This document shows, one piece after another, positions 8,989 to 18,054 of a stretch of DNA of 64,000 bases. The DNA is taken from NCBI GenBank assembly GCA_028686135.1, contig JAQUCP010000002.1:11306-75305 (forward strand). The letters run 5' to 3'. Under the pieces are notes generated by a model. That model did no database searches. It was not told the origin of the DNA and was given only the letters and a program-made list of their open reading frames with translations. The stretch comes from Bacteroidales bacterium (lineage in GTDB: Bacteria; Bacteroidota; Bacteroidia; Bacteroidales; UBA12481). The translations under genes were made by a program, and so were the position numbers. Position 1 is the stretch's first letter, and each line of letters starts with the position of its first letter.

Positions 8989-11361
8989 TTATCTCTTTTT
9001 GACTTCAACCATGATGGTGTGCTGTGCATTGCCGAAGGCTAGGGGTGTCCATCGCTCCGAAACCAAAGTGTTGACATTTTTCTGTTCGTCAAGCCCGTCT
9101 TTTCCAAAATGACTCCAGGAGCCTTGGGGAATCGAAACCACACCTGGCATGATGCGTGGGGTGACCCGGCAGGGCAGGTGAATTTGGCCCCGATGGTTGA
9201 AGGCTGTTACTTCATCACCATCCTCAATGCCTCGTGCTTCGGCATCAACCGAATTGATAAAGAGGCGTTGAGGAAAGGCAGATTGTAGCCAGTCAATATT
9301 ATCATGAGTCGAGTGAACCCTGGACATATAGTGTGGACCGATAGCTTGCAGTGGATAGGAATCGGCTTCCGGCCCGAAGGGAGATTCCCACTCTTGAATA
9401 TACTTTGGGATGGGCGGAATTTCAACCGGTTGGTCCATCCGGAATAGTTGCTCCGAAAAGATCTCGATTTTACCGCTGGGAGTTTTCAACGGATGCTTCT
9501 CAGGATCTCGTCTGAAATCCGCGAAGGAGATTTCCGGATGCTCAACCGGGACCGTATAAACGCCTTGATTAGATTTTAGAAACTCCTCAAAATCAGGAAG
9601 TTCAGGAAATCTAAGTTGACGGAATTCATCCCACAAACGTTTGGTCCACCCGCGCTCATCCAGTTGTTCGGTGAAGGCTTCGGCCAATCCAAGTTTTTTT
9701 GCCAGACCGGCGCAGATGGCAAAGTCGGATTGGCTCTCGCCATAAGGTTCAACGATCTGAGGCATCACAAAAACTTCTTCTCCATATTTCCAGCCATCTT
9801 CCAGTCCCCAGGTTTCAAAATGCGTACAGGCCGGCAAAACTAGGTCGGCAAACATAGCCGATGAGGTAAGAAACTGATCCTGAACGACGATAAATTTGAC
9901 GAGATCCTCGTTTCGCAAGATTTCGGCGGTACGATTCGTGTTGCTATGCTGGTTGATCAGGATATTAGAAGCGACTGCCCAGATAAATTTAAGTCCGGTG
10001 CTTAACTTATCAACACCGATAAGCCCTTCTTTTTCTGTTAGTTCAGGGCCTCTGAGTATGGCTTCAGTCCAGAGGAAGACTGGTATTTTGGCTTTAACCG
10101 GATTGATGCCTGTTGGGAAGATGCTCCAGAAGGGGCCGCCACCAGGTTGCAAAGCGATACCCGATGCCCATCCTCCGGGGATTCCGATATTACCGGTTAT
10201 GGATGCCAGGACACACCCACCTCTCACGGGTTGTTCTCCGTACGCACGGCGTTGCATACCGTATCCTTGGTAGAGCATAGCAGGTTTGATGGTTCCAAAT
10301 TCTCGAGCAATTCGTGTAATGGTTGCTGCGGGAACTCCGGTAATCTTTGCTGCCCATACGGGTGTTTTTGGAATCCCGTCACGGTTTCCTAGAATGTAAT
10401 CAGTATAAGATTCCTCATTTTCAAGACCCTTTGGCATTTGAGTCTTGTCGAACCCGATACAGTGGGTTTGGATAAATTCTCGATCGACCAGGCCTTCACG
10501 AATCATGATATAAGCCATGGCGCTCATCATGGCGGTATCCGTTCCAGGGCGAATAGGGATCCACTCATCTGCGAGCGCGACAGCGGAGAGGGTCATTCTA
10601 GGGTCGATACAAACGACGCGGGCGCCATTCTGACGAGCAAGCTTGAGAAAATATTCAGAGTTGGTGCCGTCGCGCATTTCTGCTGGATTCCAGCCCCACA
10701 TTAAAATATACTTTGAATTAAGCCAGTCTTGCCGCTGATTTCCGCAAACTCCTGTTCCATAGACGGTTGGAGTTGCTTTGCTGATGGCTGCCCAGGAGTA
10801 GGAATTATAATAATCAAGTGATCCTCCGAAAAGATTGATCAGTCGGGCTGCTGGCCAACGGCCGTTCAAGTGGCTGTAGCTTCCGGTTCCATAGGGGACA
10901 TGAAAGGCTTCGTTACCATATTGTTCTTTAATCTCCAGCATCTTGGAGGCCATAAGATCATACGCTTCATCCCAGGAGATTCGTTTAAACTGTCCCTCAC
11001 CACGCCTTCCGGTTCGTAGAAGGGGGTACTGAAGCCGATCGGGGTGGTATTGCCTTTTGCGATAGGATCGTCCTCTAAGGCAGGCTCTTAGCTGTGGATC
11101 GGCTGCGGTATCCTTCTCCCGGCTGTCAGTCTCAATCCGGGTGATGACTCCGTCCCTGACCAGGACTTTTAGGAGGCATCGTCCACCGCAATTATGTGCC
11201 GGGCAACCCAGGTTGACCCAGCCATCTCTGGGAATATGGGAAGCGACAGCCATGCCTGCTTCTATTCCAAAAGCTTTCTCTATCCAAACTGGAGCTGAAA
11301 GTGCTATACCTCCCGCGACAACTGAATTGCGGATGAAATCCCTGCGATTTTGACGAGCCAT
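8989..11361 (-). CDS. DmsA-like molybdopterin (bis-MGD) oxidoreductase catalytic subunit, Tat-exported
   Basis: 790 aa. Tat motif QNRRDFIRNSVVAGG. N-terminal FeS motif CPAHNCGGRC. The segment DYYNSYSWAAISKATPTVYG aligns by eye with the E. coli DmsA Ser-ligand region (..GDYSSAQI..). The substrate cannot be told from sequence. Confidence 0.8.
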   Translation of the reverse strand: MARQNRRDFIRNSVVAGGIALSAPVWIEKAFGIEAGMAVASHIPRDGWVNLGCPAHNCGGRCLLKVLVRDGVITRIETDSREKDTAADPQLRACLRGRSYRKRQYHPDRLQYPLLRTGRRGEGQFKRISWDEAYDLMASKMLEIKEQYGNEAFHVPYGTGSYSHLNGRWPAARLINLFGGSLDYYNSYSWAAISKATPTVYGTGVCGNQRQDWLNSKYILMWGWNPAEMRDGTNSEYFLKLARQNGARVVCIDPRMTLSAVALADEWIPIRPGTDTAMMSAMAYIMIREGLVDREFIQTHCIGFDKTQMPKGLENEESYTDYILGNRDGIPKTPVWAAKITGVPAATITRIAREFGTIKPAMLYQGYGMQRRAYGEQPVRGGCVLASITGNIGIPGGWASGIALQPGGGPFWSIFPTGINPVKAKIPVFLWTEAILRGPELTEKEGLIGVDKLSTGLKFIWAVASNILINQHSNTNRTAEILRNEDLVKFIVVQDQFLTSSAMFADLVLPACTHFETWGLEDGWKYGEEVFVMPQIVEPYGESQSDFAICAGLAKKLGLAEAFTEQLDERGWTKRLWDEFRQLRFPELPDFEEFLKSNQGVYTVPVEHPEISFADFRRDPEKHPLKTPSGKIEIFSEQLFRMDQPVEIPPIPKYIQEWESPFGPEADSYPLQAIGPHYMSRVHSTHDNIDWLQSAFPQRLFINSVDAEARGIEDGDEVTAFNHRGQIHLPCRVTPRIMPGVVSIPQGSWSHFGKDGLDEQKNVNTLVSERWTPLAFGNAQHTIMVEVKKR

Positions 11362-11421
11362 TGAACCGTTTTTTTCTTTCCGTTTCTAAAAATACACGAG
11401 AAATCGGAGAATAAAAATGCA

Positions 11422-12120
11422 CTACCCTCTGAAGAGGCTGATCAGGTTATCTTTCAGAATGGTTTTAACTTTTCCCATGTCTTGTGAAGAACCCAGCTCC
11501 TGTGCCAGCGAGGTAACCCCCTTATCAAGGAATCCGCAAGGATTGATATGGTTAAAATAGGAGAGATCAGTGTTAACATTGAAAGCAAAGCCGTGCATGG
11601 TGATGTGACGGCTCGCTTTAACACCGATTGCACAAATCTTGCGGGCGCGTGGCGTTCCTGGATCAATCCATACTCCGGTAGCTCCCTGAAGACGGTCGCA
11701 GGTTATGCCGAAGTTCCTGACTGTTAATATAATAGCCTCTTCTAGATGATGGACATACTGTTTGATGTGCAATCCAAAATGTTCCAGGTCGAAGATTGGA
11801 TAGCCAACGATCTGGCCAGGACCATGATAGGTAATATCTCCACCGCGGTCGATATGGTAGTAGGTAGCCTGAATATTTTCGAGAAAATCGCGGTTGATCA
11901 ATAGGTTATTCTGATTTCCCGATTTTCCCAGGGTGAACACGTGTGGGTGTTCGACAAAGATCAGTCGGTTATCAAGCCAGGATTGTTGGCCTTCACCCAC
12001 CTCCCGGTTTAGGAGTTTTCGGGATACTCTCTCATTAAACAGGCTGGCTTGGTAATCCCATGCCTCCCTGAAGTCCATCAATCCAAGATCTTCAAAATTG
12101 ATGGTTCCTTTTTGGATCAT
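11422..12120 (-). CDS. lipB: lipoyl(octanoyl) transferase LipB
   Basis: Motifs HPHVFTLGKSG, RGGDITYHGPGQIVGYPI, KICAIGVK and NPCG. The start is probably MIQKGTINFEDLGLMDF (ATG 12120), directly after the lipA stop. The track start at 12144 is possible but overlaps lipA by 23 nt. Confidence 0.9.
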   Translation of the reverse strand: MIQKGTINFEDLGLMDFREAWDYQASLFNERVSRKLLNREVGEGQQSWLDNRLIFVEHPHVFTLGKSGNQNNLLINRDFLENIQATYYHIDRGGDITYHGPGQIVGYPIFDLEHFGLHIKQYVHHLEEAIILTVRNFGITCDRLQGATGVWIDPGTPRARKICAIGVKASRHITMHGFAFNVNTDLSYFNHINPCGFLDKGVTSLAQELGSSQDMGKVKTILKDNLISLFRG

Positions 12121-12121
12121 G

Positions 12122-12985
12122 CTATCTGACATGTTTTTCGGCATGATAAGAAGATCTGACTAGTGGGCTGCTCTCGACATGCCGGAATCCCTTTTTGAGT
12201 CCAGCCTCCTCATAAAATTTGAACTCTTCGGGCGTAATCCATTCGCTAACAGGCATATGATCCCTGGTAGGTTGTAGATATTGTCCTATGGTCAATACGG
12301 TGCATCCGACAGCACGCAAATCATCCATGGTTTCGAGTATCTCTTCACGAGTTTCTCCTAACCCCAACATGATGCCTGATTTAGCGACCAGCCCGGATTG
12401 AGCTATTTGCTTGATTACCTTTAGACTGGTTTGATACTTTGCGCGTGAACGAATCTGTGGTGTCAATCGGGCAACTGTTTCTAGGTTGTGCGAAATAACT
12501 TCCGGACCGGCGTCAATCACTTGGGCGATAAGTTCGGGAATCCCGTCAAAATCAGGGATAAGTGTTTCCATGGTTATGCCGGGATTCAGCTCTTTAACAG
12601 CCCGGATGGTTTGGGCCCAGCATGTGGCTCCCTTATCCGGTAAGTCATCCCGATCCACTGAGGTGATGACTGCATGACGAAGACCCATGGTTTTGACTGA
12701 TTCAGCAATTCGTTGGGGCTCCGATTCGTCGGGTGGCAATGGTTTGCCAGTGGGTACGCCACAAAAGCGGCAGGCTCGGGTGCAAATGTTACCGAGAATC
12801 ATGAATGTGGCTGTTCCTGCACGCCAACACTCCCCAATATTTGGGCAGTTTCCCGACGTGCAGATAGTATGTAGGTGGTTGTCGTCCACTAATTTGCGAA
12901 TTGCTTGGTAATTTTCATCCTGATCTAACCGGGAGCTCATCCTCATCCATTCGGGTAATCGTTCTCTTGTCATGCTTTTAATCAT
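12122..12985 (-). CDS. lipA: lipoyl synthase LipA (radical SAM)
   Basis: 287 aa. Auxiliary-cluster motif CTSGNCPNIGEC, radical SAM motif CTRACRFC, and C-terminal RSSY. Confidence 0.93.
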   Translation of the reverse strand: MIKSMTRERLPEWMRMSSRLDQDENYQAIRKLVDDNHLHTICTSGNCPNIGECWRAGTATFMILGNICTRACRFCGVPTGKPLPPDESEPQRIAESVKTMGLRHAVITSVDRDDLPDKGATCWAQTIRAVKELNPGITMETLIPDFDGIPELIAQVIDAGPEVISHNLETVARLTPQIRSRAKYQTSLKVIKQIAQSGLVAKSGIMLGLGETREEILETMDDLRAVGCTVLTIGQYLQPTRDHMPVSEWITPEEFKFYEEAGLKKGFRHVESSPLVRSSYHAEKHVR

Positions 12986-13092
12986 TTATCAGGGCAAAGA
13001 TTGAATATTTTTTCTGTTAATTTTTTAGCAGTGTATTGAATTAATCCGTAAGTTTACTTCGTAATTGTATAAACATATAGATATATAGATAA

Positions 13093-15321
13093 ATGGGATC
13101 CAGACGGGATTTTATTAAAATTTCGGCAGTAGGTGTAGGCGGGCTTGCCGTTGGTTTGCCGATGGCACGGAGTTTAGCCTATCAAGCTGTTGAAGCAGAC
13201 TCTTTTCCGTATGCGGAGATGATGCGAACGCCCACTTACTGTGAAGTATGTTTCTGGAAATGTGCTGGTTGGATTCATAAAAATGACAAGGGCGAATTGT
13301 GGAAGATTACCGGAAATGATCATGATCTGCATTCAAACGGACGTTTTTGTCCCCGGGGAACGGGTGGGGTAGGTATGTATCATGATGAGGATCGCCTGAA
13401 GAGACCCCTGATGCGAAAAACCGTGAATGGGAAGCAGGTGTTTGAGGAGGTTGCCTGGGATGAAGCGTTGGATTTTATTGCCAGGAGGATGAAAGAGATT
13501 GCATCCGTTCATGGCCCTGAGTGTACCGCCCTTTTCACTCACGGATCCGGCGGGAAATATTTCGGCACCCTGTTACGAGCATTTGGATCGCCACATATTG
13601 CTGCTCCATCTTATGCTCAGTGTCGGGGTCCGAGGGAAGTTGCTTTTCAGAACACATTTGGTGAAGGAGTGGGGAGTCCGGAGCGGACTGATATTCGGGA
13701 TACTCGGTGCCTGGTGCTGATCGGCAGTCATCTGGGTGAAAATATGCACAATGGACAGATTCAGGAGATGTCGGACGCCATTGACAAAGGAGCCACTATC
13801 ATCACGGTTGATCCTCGCTATTCAACTGCAGCATCTAAATCAAAGTATTGGTTGCCGATTAAGCCGGCTACTGATCTGGCTCTACTCCTTGCTTGGATTA
13901 ATGTGATCATCGAAGAAGAACTCTATGATCGGGATTACGTGGAGCGTTACACCTATGGATTCGAGCAACTAAAAAACCATGTGGCTACTATGACGCCTCA
14001 GTGGGCGTACGGAATCACTACGATTAAGCCGGAGGTGATTCGGGAAACCGCTCGGGCTATGGGGCACGCTTCCCCGGCTGTTATTGTGCATCCAGGTCGC
14101 CACGTTACTTGGTATGGAGATGATACCCAGCGACTAAGGGCGGTTGCGATTCTCAATGCACTGCTTGGCTCCTGGGGCCGAAGAGGTGGTTTTTACCGCC
14201 CCGAAACGGTGACCGTTCCAGAACCTACAACACCAGAGTATCCGACTCCTAGTCGGTCTTGGCGCACCGAATTTCCCGATTTATATCGTCTTTCTGATAC
14301 AGTCCTGGCTAATGGCGTGTGCGATGCCACGATTCCGGATCCGAGTCGTGGATGTAACTTCAAAACCTGGATCGTCAATGGTACTAATCTGATCGAAACC
14401 TTACCGAATCAAGAAAACACGATAAAAGCTATTGAATCCCTTGAGCTTATGGTTGTCATCGATACCATGCCAATGGAGATTACCGGTTACGCTGATGTTA
14501 TTCTCCCCGAATGTACCTATCTCGAGCGTTTCGACGAGATCCGTGTCAGCCTTCATCGTGAGCCTCAGATTGCTCTGAGAATGCCCGCTTTTAAGCCTAA
14601 GTATGACTCCAAGCCTGGTTATTGGATGGCCCGTGAGCTGTCGAAAAGACTAGGATTGGAGGCTTATTTCCCCTATGAAAAGCAGGAGGATCTGCTGGAT
14701 TGGCAATTGAAAGAGCTTGGTTCTAGTTTGGAGGAGATGATGCGTATCGGAGTGAAAACTTTTAAACGCCCGTACGACGACCTCTATTTTGCTCCGGACG
14801 AGGAGGTAGAGTTCTGGACTAATACCGGGAAAATTGAACTCTATGCTACCGCTTTTGAGATGGAAGGGTTTGACCCGCTTCCGGTATACACACCTCATGA
14901 AGAGCCCCCAGCGGGTTACTACCGGCTGAACTACGGACGCGCACCCATGCACACGTTCAGCAGAACAGCCAATAATCCAAATTTGACCGATCTGATGGAC
15001 GAAAATTCCGTATGGATTAATCCTAAAGTAGCTTGGGAGTGGGGATTGGTTAACGACCAATATATTCATCTGAGAAATCAGGATGGTAAACGATCCGAGT
15101 TCCCCATCCGTGTCCGTATTACTGAACGAATTCGCTGGGATTCAGTGTATATGGTCCACGGCTTCGGCCATGATCGTAAACAACTGACCCGTAGTTATGG
15201 AAGAGGCGCAAGTGATACAAATCTCATTACTAAGGTGTTAGTAGATCCGCTGATGGGAGGTACCGGGATGAGAGGCAATTTTGTCACCTTCATAACTGAA
15301 TTAGAGGAGGATAAGTCATGA
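13093..15321 (+). CDS. PsrA/PhsA-like molybdopterin oxidoreductase catalytic subunit (polysulfide/thiosulfate reductase type), Tat-exported
   Basis: 742 aa. Tat motif GSRRDFIKISAVGVGG. FeS motif CEVCFWKCAGW...GRFCPRG. Candidate Mo-ligand Cys in SYAQCRGPRE. ATGA overlap with the next gene. Confidence 0.75.
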   Translation: MGSRRDFIKISAVGVGGLAVGLPMARSLAYQAVEADSFPYAEMMRTPTYCEVCFWKCAGWIHKNDKGELWKITGNDHDLHSNGRFCPRGTGGVGMYHDEDRLKRPLMRKTVNGKQVFEEVAWDEALDFIARRMKEIASVHGPECTALFTHGSGGKYFGTLLRAFGSPHIAAPSYAQCRGPREVAFQNTFGEGVGSPERTDIRDTRCLVLIGSHLGENMHNGQIQEMSDAIDKGATIITVDPRYSTAASKSKYWLPIKPATDLALLLAWINVIIEEELYDRDYVERYTYGFEQLKNHVATMTPQWAYGITTIKPEVIRETARAMGHASPAVIVHPGRHVTWYGDDTQRLRAVAILNALLGSWGRRGGFYRPETVTVPEPTTPEYPTPSRSWRTEFPDLYRLSDTVLANGVCDATIPDPSRGCNFKTWIVNGTNLIETLPNQENTIKAIESLELMVVIDTMPMEITGYADVILPECTYLERFDEIRVSLHREPQIALRMPAFKPKYDSKPGYWMARELSKRLGLEAYFPYEKQEDLLDWQLKELGSSLEEMMRIGVKTFKRPYDDLYFAPDEEVEFWTNTGKIELYATAFEMEGFDPLPVYTPHEEPPAGYYRLNYGRAPMHTFSRTANNPNLTDLMDENSVWINPKVAWEWGLVNDQYIHLRNQDGKRSEFPIRVRITERIRWDSVYMVHGFGHDRKQLTRSYGRGASDTNLITKVLVDPLMGGTGMRGNFVTFITELEEDKS

Positions 15322-15851
15322 GATATGCCATGGCAATTGATACCCTTAAGTGTGTGGGATGCGGCGATTGTGTGGTCGCTTGCCAGACCGAAAATGAGGT
15401 GCCGATCGGTTTTTGCCGGGATTGGGTTGTAGAGGTGACTGATGGAACCTATCCGCAGCTTGAAATTGAGATTCGCTCGGAACGTTGCAACCACTGCGAA
15501 AATTCGCCCTGTGTTCGTTGCTGCCCTACCGGTGCAAGCCATTATGCCGAAGGTGGCATCGTATTGGTGACACAGAATAAGTGCATCGGTTGCGGAGCCT
15601 GCATTGCTAGTTGCCCGTATGATGCAAGATATTCGCATCCAAAGGGATATGTCGATAAATGCACATTCTGTATCCACCGGGTTAAAAAAGGGCTCGATCC
15701 AGCTTGTGTAGCAGTATGCCCAACTAGGTGTATGTATTTTGGGGATCTGGATGACCCTAAAAGCCCGGTCTCCATGGTGCTGAAAAACCGTAAATATAAA
15801 ACCCTGATCCCGGAAGCCGGGACCAAGCCTCATCTCTATTTCCTGATCTAA
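15318..15851 (+). CDS. PsrB-like 4Fe-4S electron-transfer subunit
   Basis: 177 aa. Cys groups CVGCGDCVVAC, CNHCENSPCVRCCP, CIGCGACIASCP and CTFC...CVAVCP. Confidence 0.85.
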   Translation: MRYAMAIDTLKCVGCGDCVVACQTENEVPIGFCRDWVVEVTDGTYPQLEIEIRSERCNHCENSPCVRCCPTGASHYAEGGIVLVTQNKCIGCGACIASCPYDARYSHPKGYVDKCTFCIHRVKKGLDPACVAVCPTRCMYFGDLDDPKSPVSMVLKNRKYKTLIPEAGTKPHLYFLI

Positions 15852-15877
15852 CCGATTTTTATAATGGATTCTTTATT

Positions 15878-16819
15878 ATGAGAGAAGAGATTATCGTTAG
15901 CGGCAGGATGAACCCCTTCATCGATCCGCATCTGAATATCTGGCATTGGCAAATCCCGACTTACCTTTTTCTGGGCGGTTTGGCTGCAGGAATTCTATTC
16001 TTTGCCGCCCTGTTTTACCTGCAAGGGAAAGAAGAGAAGTACCGTACGGCTGTTAGGGTTGCTCCTCTGATAGTTCCTATCTTGCTGGTGCTTGGACTAT
16101 TCGCTTTGTTGCTCGATCTGAAGCACAAACTCTACTTCTGGCAACTCTACACTACTATTCGCCTAGAATCCCCGATGTCATGGGGCGCCTGGACTTTAAT
16201 GGTCGTTACACCGTTGTCATTTATCTGGGCAGCCATCCATCTGCGTGATGTGTTCCCAAAATGGGATTGGAAGTATCAGTGGTTAAAGGACTTAGAGGCT
16301 TTCTTTATTCGATATAAACGACCAATGGCCTGGGTGATTGTGATCTTTTCGGTGATTCTGGGCGTCTATACCGGAATTCTCCTGTCGGCTTTCAATGCGC
16401 GACCTCTCTGGAATACCTCAATCCTCGGACCGCTGTTTCTGGTATCCGGATTCTCAACCGGGGCAGCAGCCATCATCCTGTTTTCGAAGAATCACGAAGA
16501 GCGAAAGACTTTTGCCAAAATCGACCTGCTGCTAATCGCGGTTGAGCTTTTCCTGATTATCCACCTGTTTATGGGTTTCCTAGCCAGTACTCAGGTTCAA
16601 ATAGATGCAGCAAACCTCTTCCTGGGCGGACCCTATACGGCTCCTTTTTGGATTCTGGTGGTAACGATGGGACTGGTTGTGCCGGCGCTCCTGGAAGTTC
16701 TGGAACTGCTGAAATACCGGATCCCAGTTTATATTCCTGCCATCCTCGTCATCTTTGGTGGATTGATGTTACGTTTTATCATCGTTTATGCCGGACAAGT
16801 GAGTCGTTGGATGTACTAA
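15878..16819 (+). CDS. nrfD: NrfD/PsrC-family quinol-interacting membrane subunit
   Basis: 313 aa with about 8 hydrophobic helices. It sits directly after the A and B subunits. Its size and pattern match polysulfide reductase PsrC/NrfD rather than a cytochrome b-type PhsC. Confidence 0.75.
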   Translation: MREEIIVSGRMNPFIDPHLNIWHWQIPTYLFLGGLAAGILFFAALFYLQGKEEKYRTAVRVAPLIVPILLVLGLFALLLDLKHKLYFWQLYTTIRLESPMSWGAWTLMVVTPLSFIWAAIHLRDVFPKWDWKYQWLKDLEAFFIRYKRPMAWVIVIFSVILGVYTGILLSAFNARPLWNTSILGPLFLVSGFSTGAAAIILFSKNHEERKTFAKIDLLLIAVELFLIIHLFMGFLASTQVQIDAANLFLGGPYTAPFWILVVTMGLVVPALLEVLELLKYRIPVYIPAILVIFGGLMLRFIIVYAGQVSRWMY

Positions 16820-16897
16820 GAATTGCTATAGTTAGATCGGTAAATGTAAGATAGACACAAAGTTAGAAAGTTAAAGATAGTTGAAATACAGATCAAA

Positions 16898-17428
16898 ATG
16901 GAAGAAAAACACAAAGACAGGTCACGGTCTTATCTGAATCCATACCTGGGAGGTGTTCTGCTGGGTCTGGTTCTGCTAGCCGCGAATTTTATTTCAGGGC
17001 GGGGCCTTGGAGCCAGTGGGGCAGTCAAAAGCGTTATCGTGGCAGCCACTCAGACGATAGCTCCTGCCCATGTTGAGAAAAATGCCTACTACCATGATTA
17101 CATGCAAGAGCACGATAAGCCACTCAAAAGCTGGTTGGTGTTCCAGATGGCAGGGGTGTTGGTGGGTGGTTTTATTTCCGGGGCCTTGTGGGGTCGACTA
17201 AAACTCAAGGTGGAGCACAGCCCCAAGATCACCTCTCGTAAACGACTATTCCTCGCTGCAATCGGAGGCATTCTTTTCGGGTTTGGATCACAGCTTGGAA
17301 GGGGATGTACCAGCGGATCAGCCCTGAGCGGCATGGCTGTCCTCTCACTGGGCGGATTCATCACGATGGCTGCCATTTTCGGGACAGCGTTTGCTTTTGC
17401 TTATTTTTTTAGAAAAAACTGGATCTAA
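16898..17428 (+). CDS. YeeE/YedE-family (sulfur-compound transport) half-size membrane protein, first of a pair
   Basis: 176 aa, polytopic. Gly-rich re-entrant-type motifs SGRGLGASGA and GRGCTSGSALSG. Confidence 0.75.
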   Translation: MEEKHKDRSRSYLNPYLGGVLLGLVLLAANFISGRGLGASGAVKSVIVAATQTIAPAHVEKNAYYHDYMQEHDKPLKSWLVFQMAGVLVGGFISGALWGRLKLKVEHSPKITSRKRLFLAAIGGILFGFGSQLGRGCTSGSALSGMAVLSLGGFITMAAIFGTAFAFAYFFRKNWI

Positions 17429-17446
17429 TCGTAACTTAAGATCAAA

Positions 17447-18037
17447 ATGGGACCACTATTTGTTAATAATATCATCTCCGAAAACACGAACTTCCTCTTG
17501 GCATTCTTCATTGGAATTGGTTTTGGAATGGTACTCGAGAGCAGCGGATTTTCCTCCAGCCGAAAACTTGCCGGGATATTCTACGGATATGACACCGTTG
17601 TCCTGAAAGTTTTCTTCACCGCAGCCCTGACAGCCATGCTAGGTTTGCTTTTTATGAGCCTGTTTGGTTGGATAGACCTGAGCTTGGTCTATGTTAACCC
17701 AACGTATCTCACCTCTGCCATTATTGGAGGCGCAGTCATGGGCGTGGGATTTATCATCGGTGGATTTTGCCCGGGGACCAGCTTCTGCGGGGCAGCTATC
17801 GGAAAAATCGATGCGATGGTTTTTGTCGGCGGACTCTTTCTGGGAATCATCCTCTTTTCAGAAACTTATCCGCTCTGGGAAAAGATCTACCTCGCAGGAT
17901 TTAAGGGCAGCCCCAAACTTAGTGAATCTCTAGGCCTGTCTGATGGATTACTGGCACTGGGAGTGATCCTGATGGCCGTGGCCATGTTCTACGTGGCAGA
18001 ATGGGCAGAGAGAAAATTCCCTCGGGAAGAGTATTAA
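17447..18037 (+). CDS. YeeE/YedE-family half-size membrane protein, second of a pair
   Basis: 196 aa, polytopic. Motifs LESSGFSSSRKLAG and GGFCPGTSFCGAAIG. It lies 18 nt after the first half. Confidence 0.75.
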   Translation: MGPLFVNNIISENTNFLLAFFIGIGFGMVLESSGFSSSRKLAGIFYGYDTVVLKVFFTAALTAMLGLLFMSLFGWIDLSLVYVNPTYLTSAIIGGAVMGVGFIIGGFCPGTSFCGAAIGKIDAMVFVGGLFLGIILFSETYPLWEKIYLAGFKGSPKLSESLGLSDGLLALGVILMAVAMFYVAEWAERKFPREEY

Positions 18038-18054
18038 CCGCTAATAGAAAAGAA

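Noticed and set aside
8522-9002. Nested ORFs in alternative frames within the dmsB-like gene (8522..8908 minus, 8643..9002 plus), and similar ones inside ppdK (35423..36188) and the giant ORF.
   Set aside because: They are fully contained in genes with strong motif support, have Cys/Arg/Pro-rich nonsense-like composition, and have no independent start context.
11362-13092. A Moco riboswitch upstream of the two molybdoenzyme operons.
   Set aside because: The available leaders are only ~60 nt (dmsA-like) and ~108 nt (psrA-like, shared with divergent lipA). They are AT-rich and lack the long GC-paired stems expected of a ~130-150-nt Moco RNA motif.
8989-15321. Selenocysteine (in-frame TGA) in the molybdopterin oxidoreductase catalytic subunits.
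   Set aside because: Both ORFs are uninterrupted. The putative Mo-ligand positions read Ser (NSYSWAAI) and Cys (AQCRG), and no SECIS-like context is needed.
15195-15833. A 212-aa minus-strand ORF, with similar long antisense ORFs at 24589..25137, 54691..55281, 59819..60361, 19954..20448, 20876..21310 and 14650..15069.
   Set aside because: Each lies entirely antisense to a gene with unmistakable family motifs (PsrB, RsmE, TonB receptor, Nth, SpeE-like, PsrA). Their translations are low-complexity with no recognisable motifs, so they are typical shadow ORFs.
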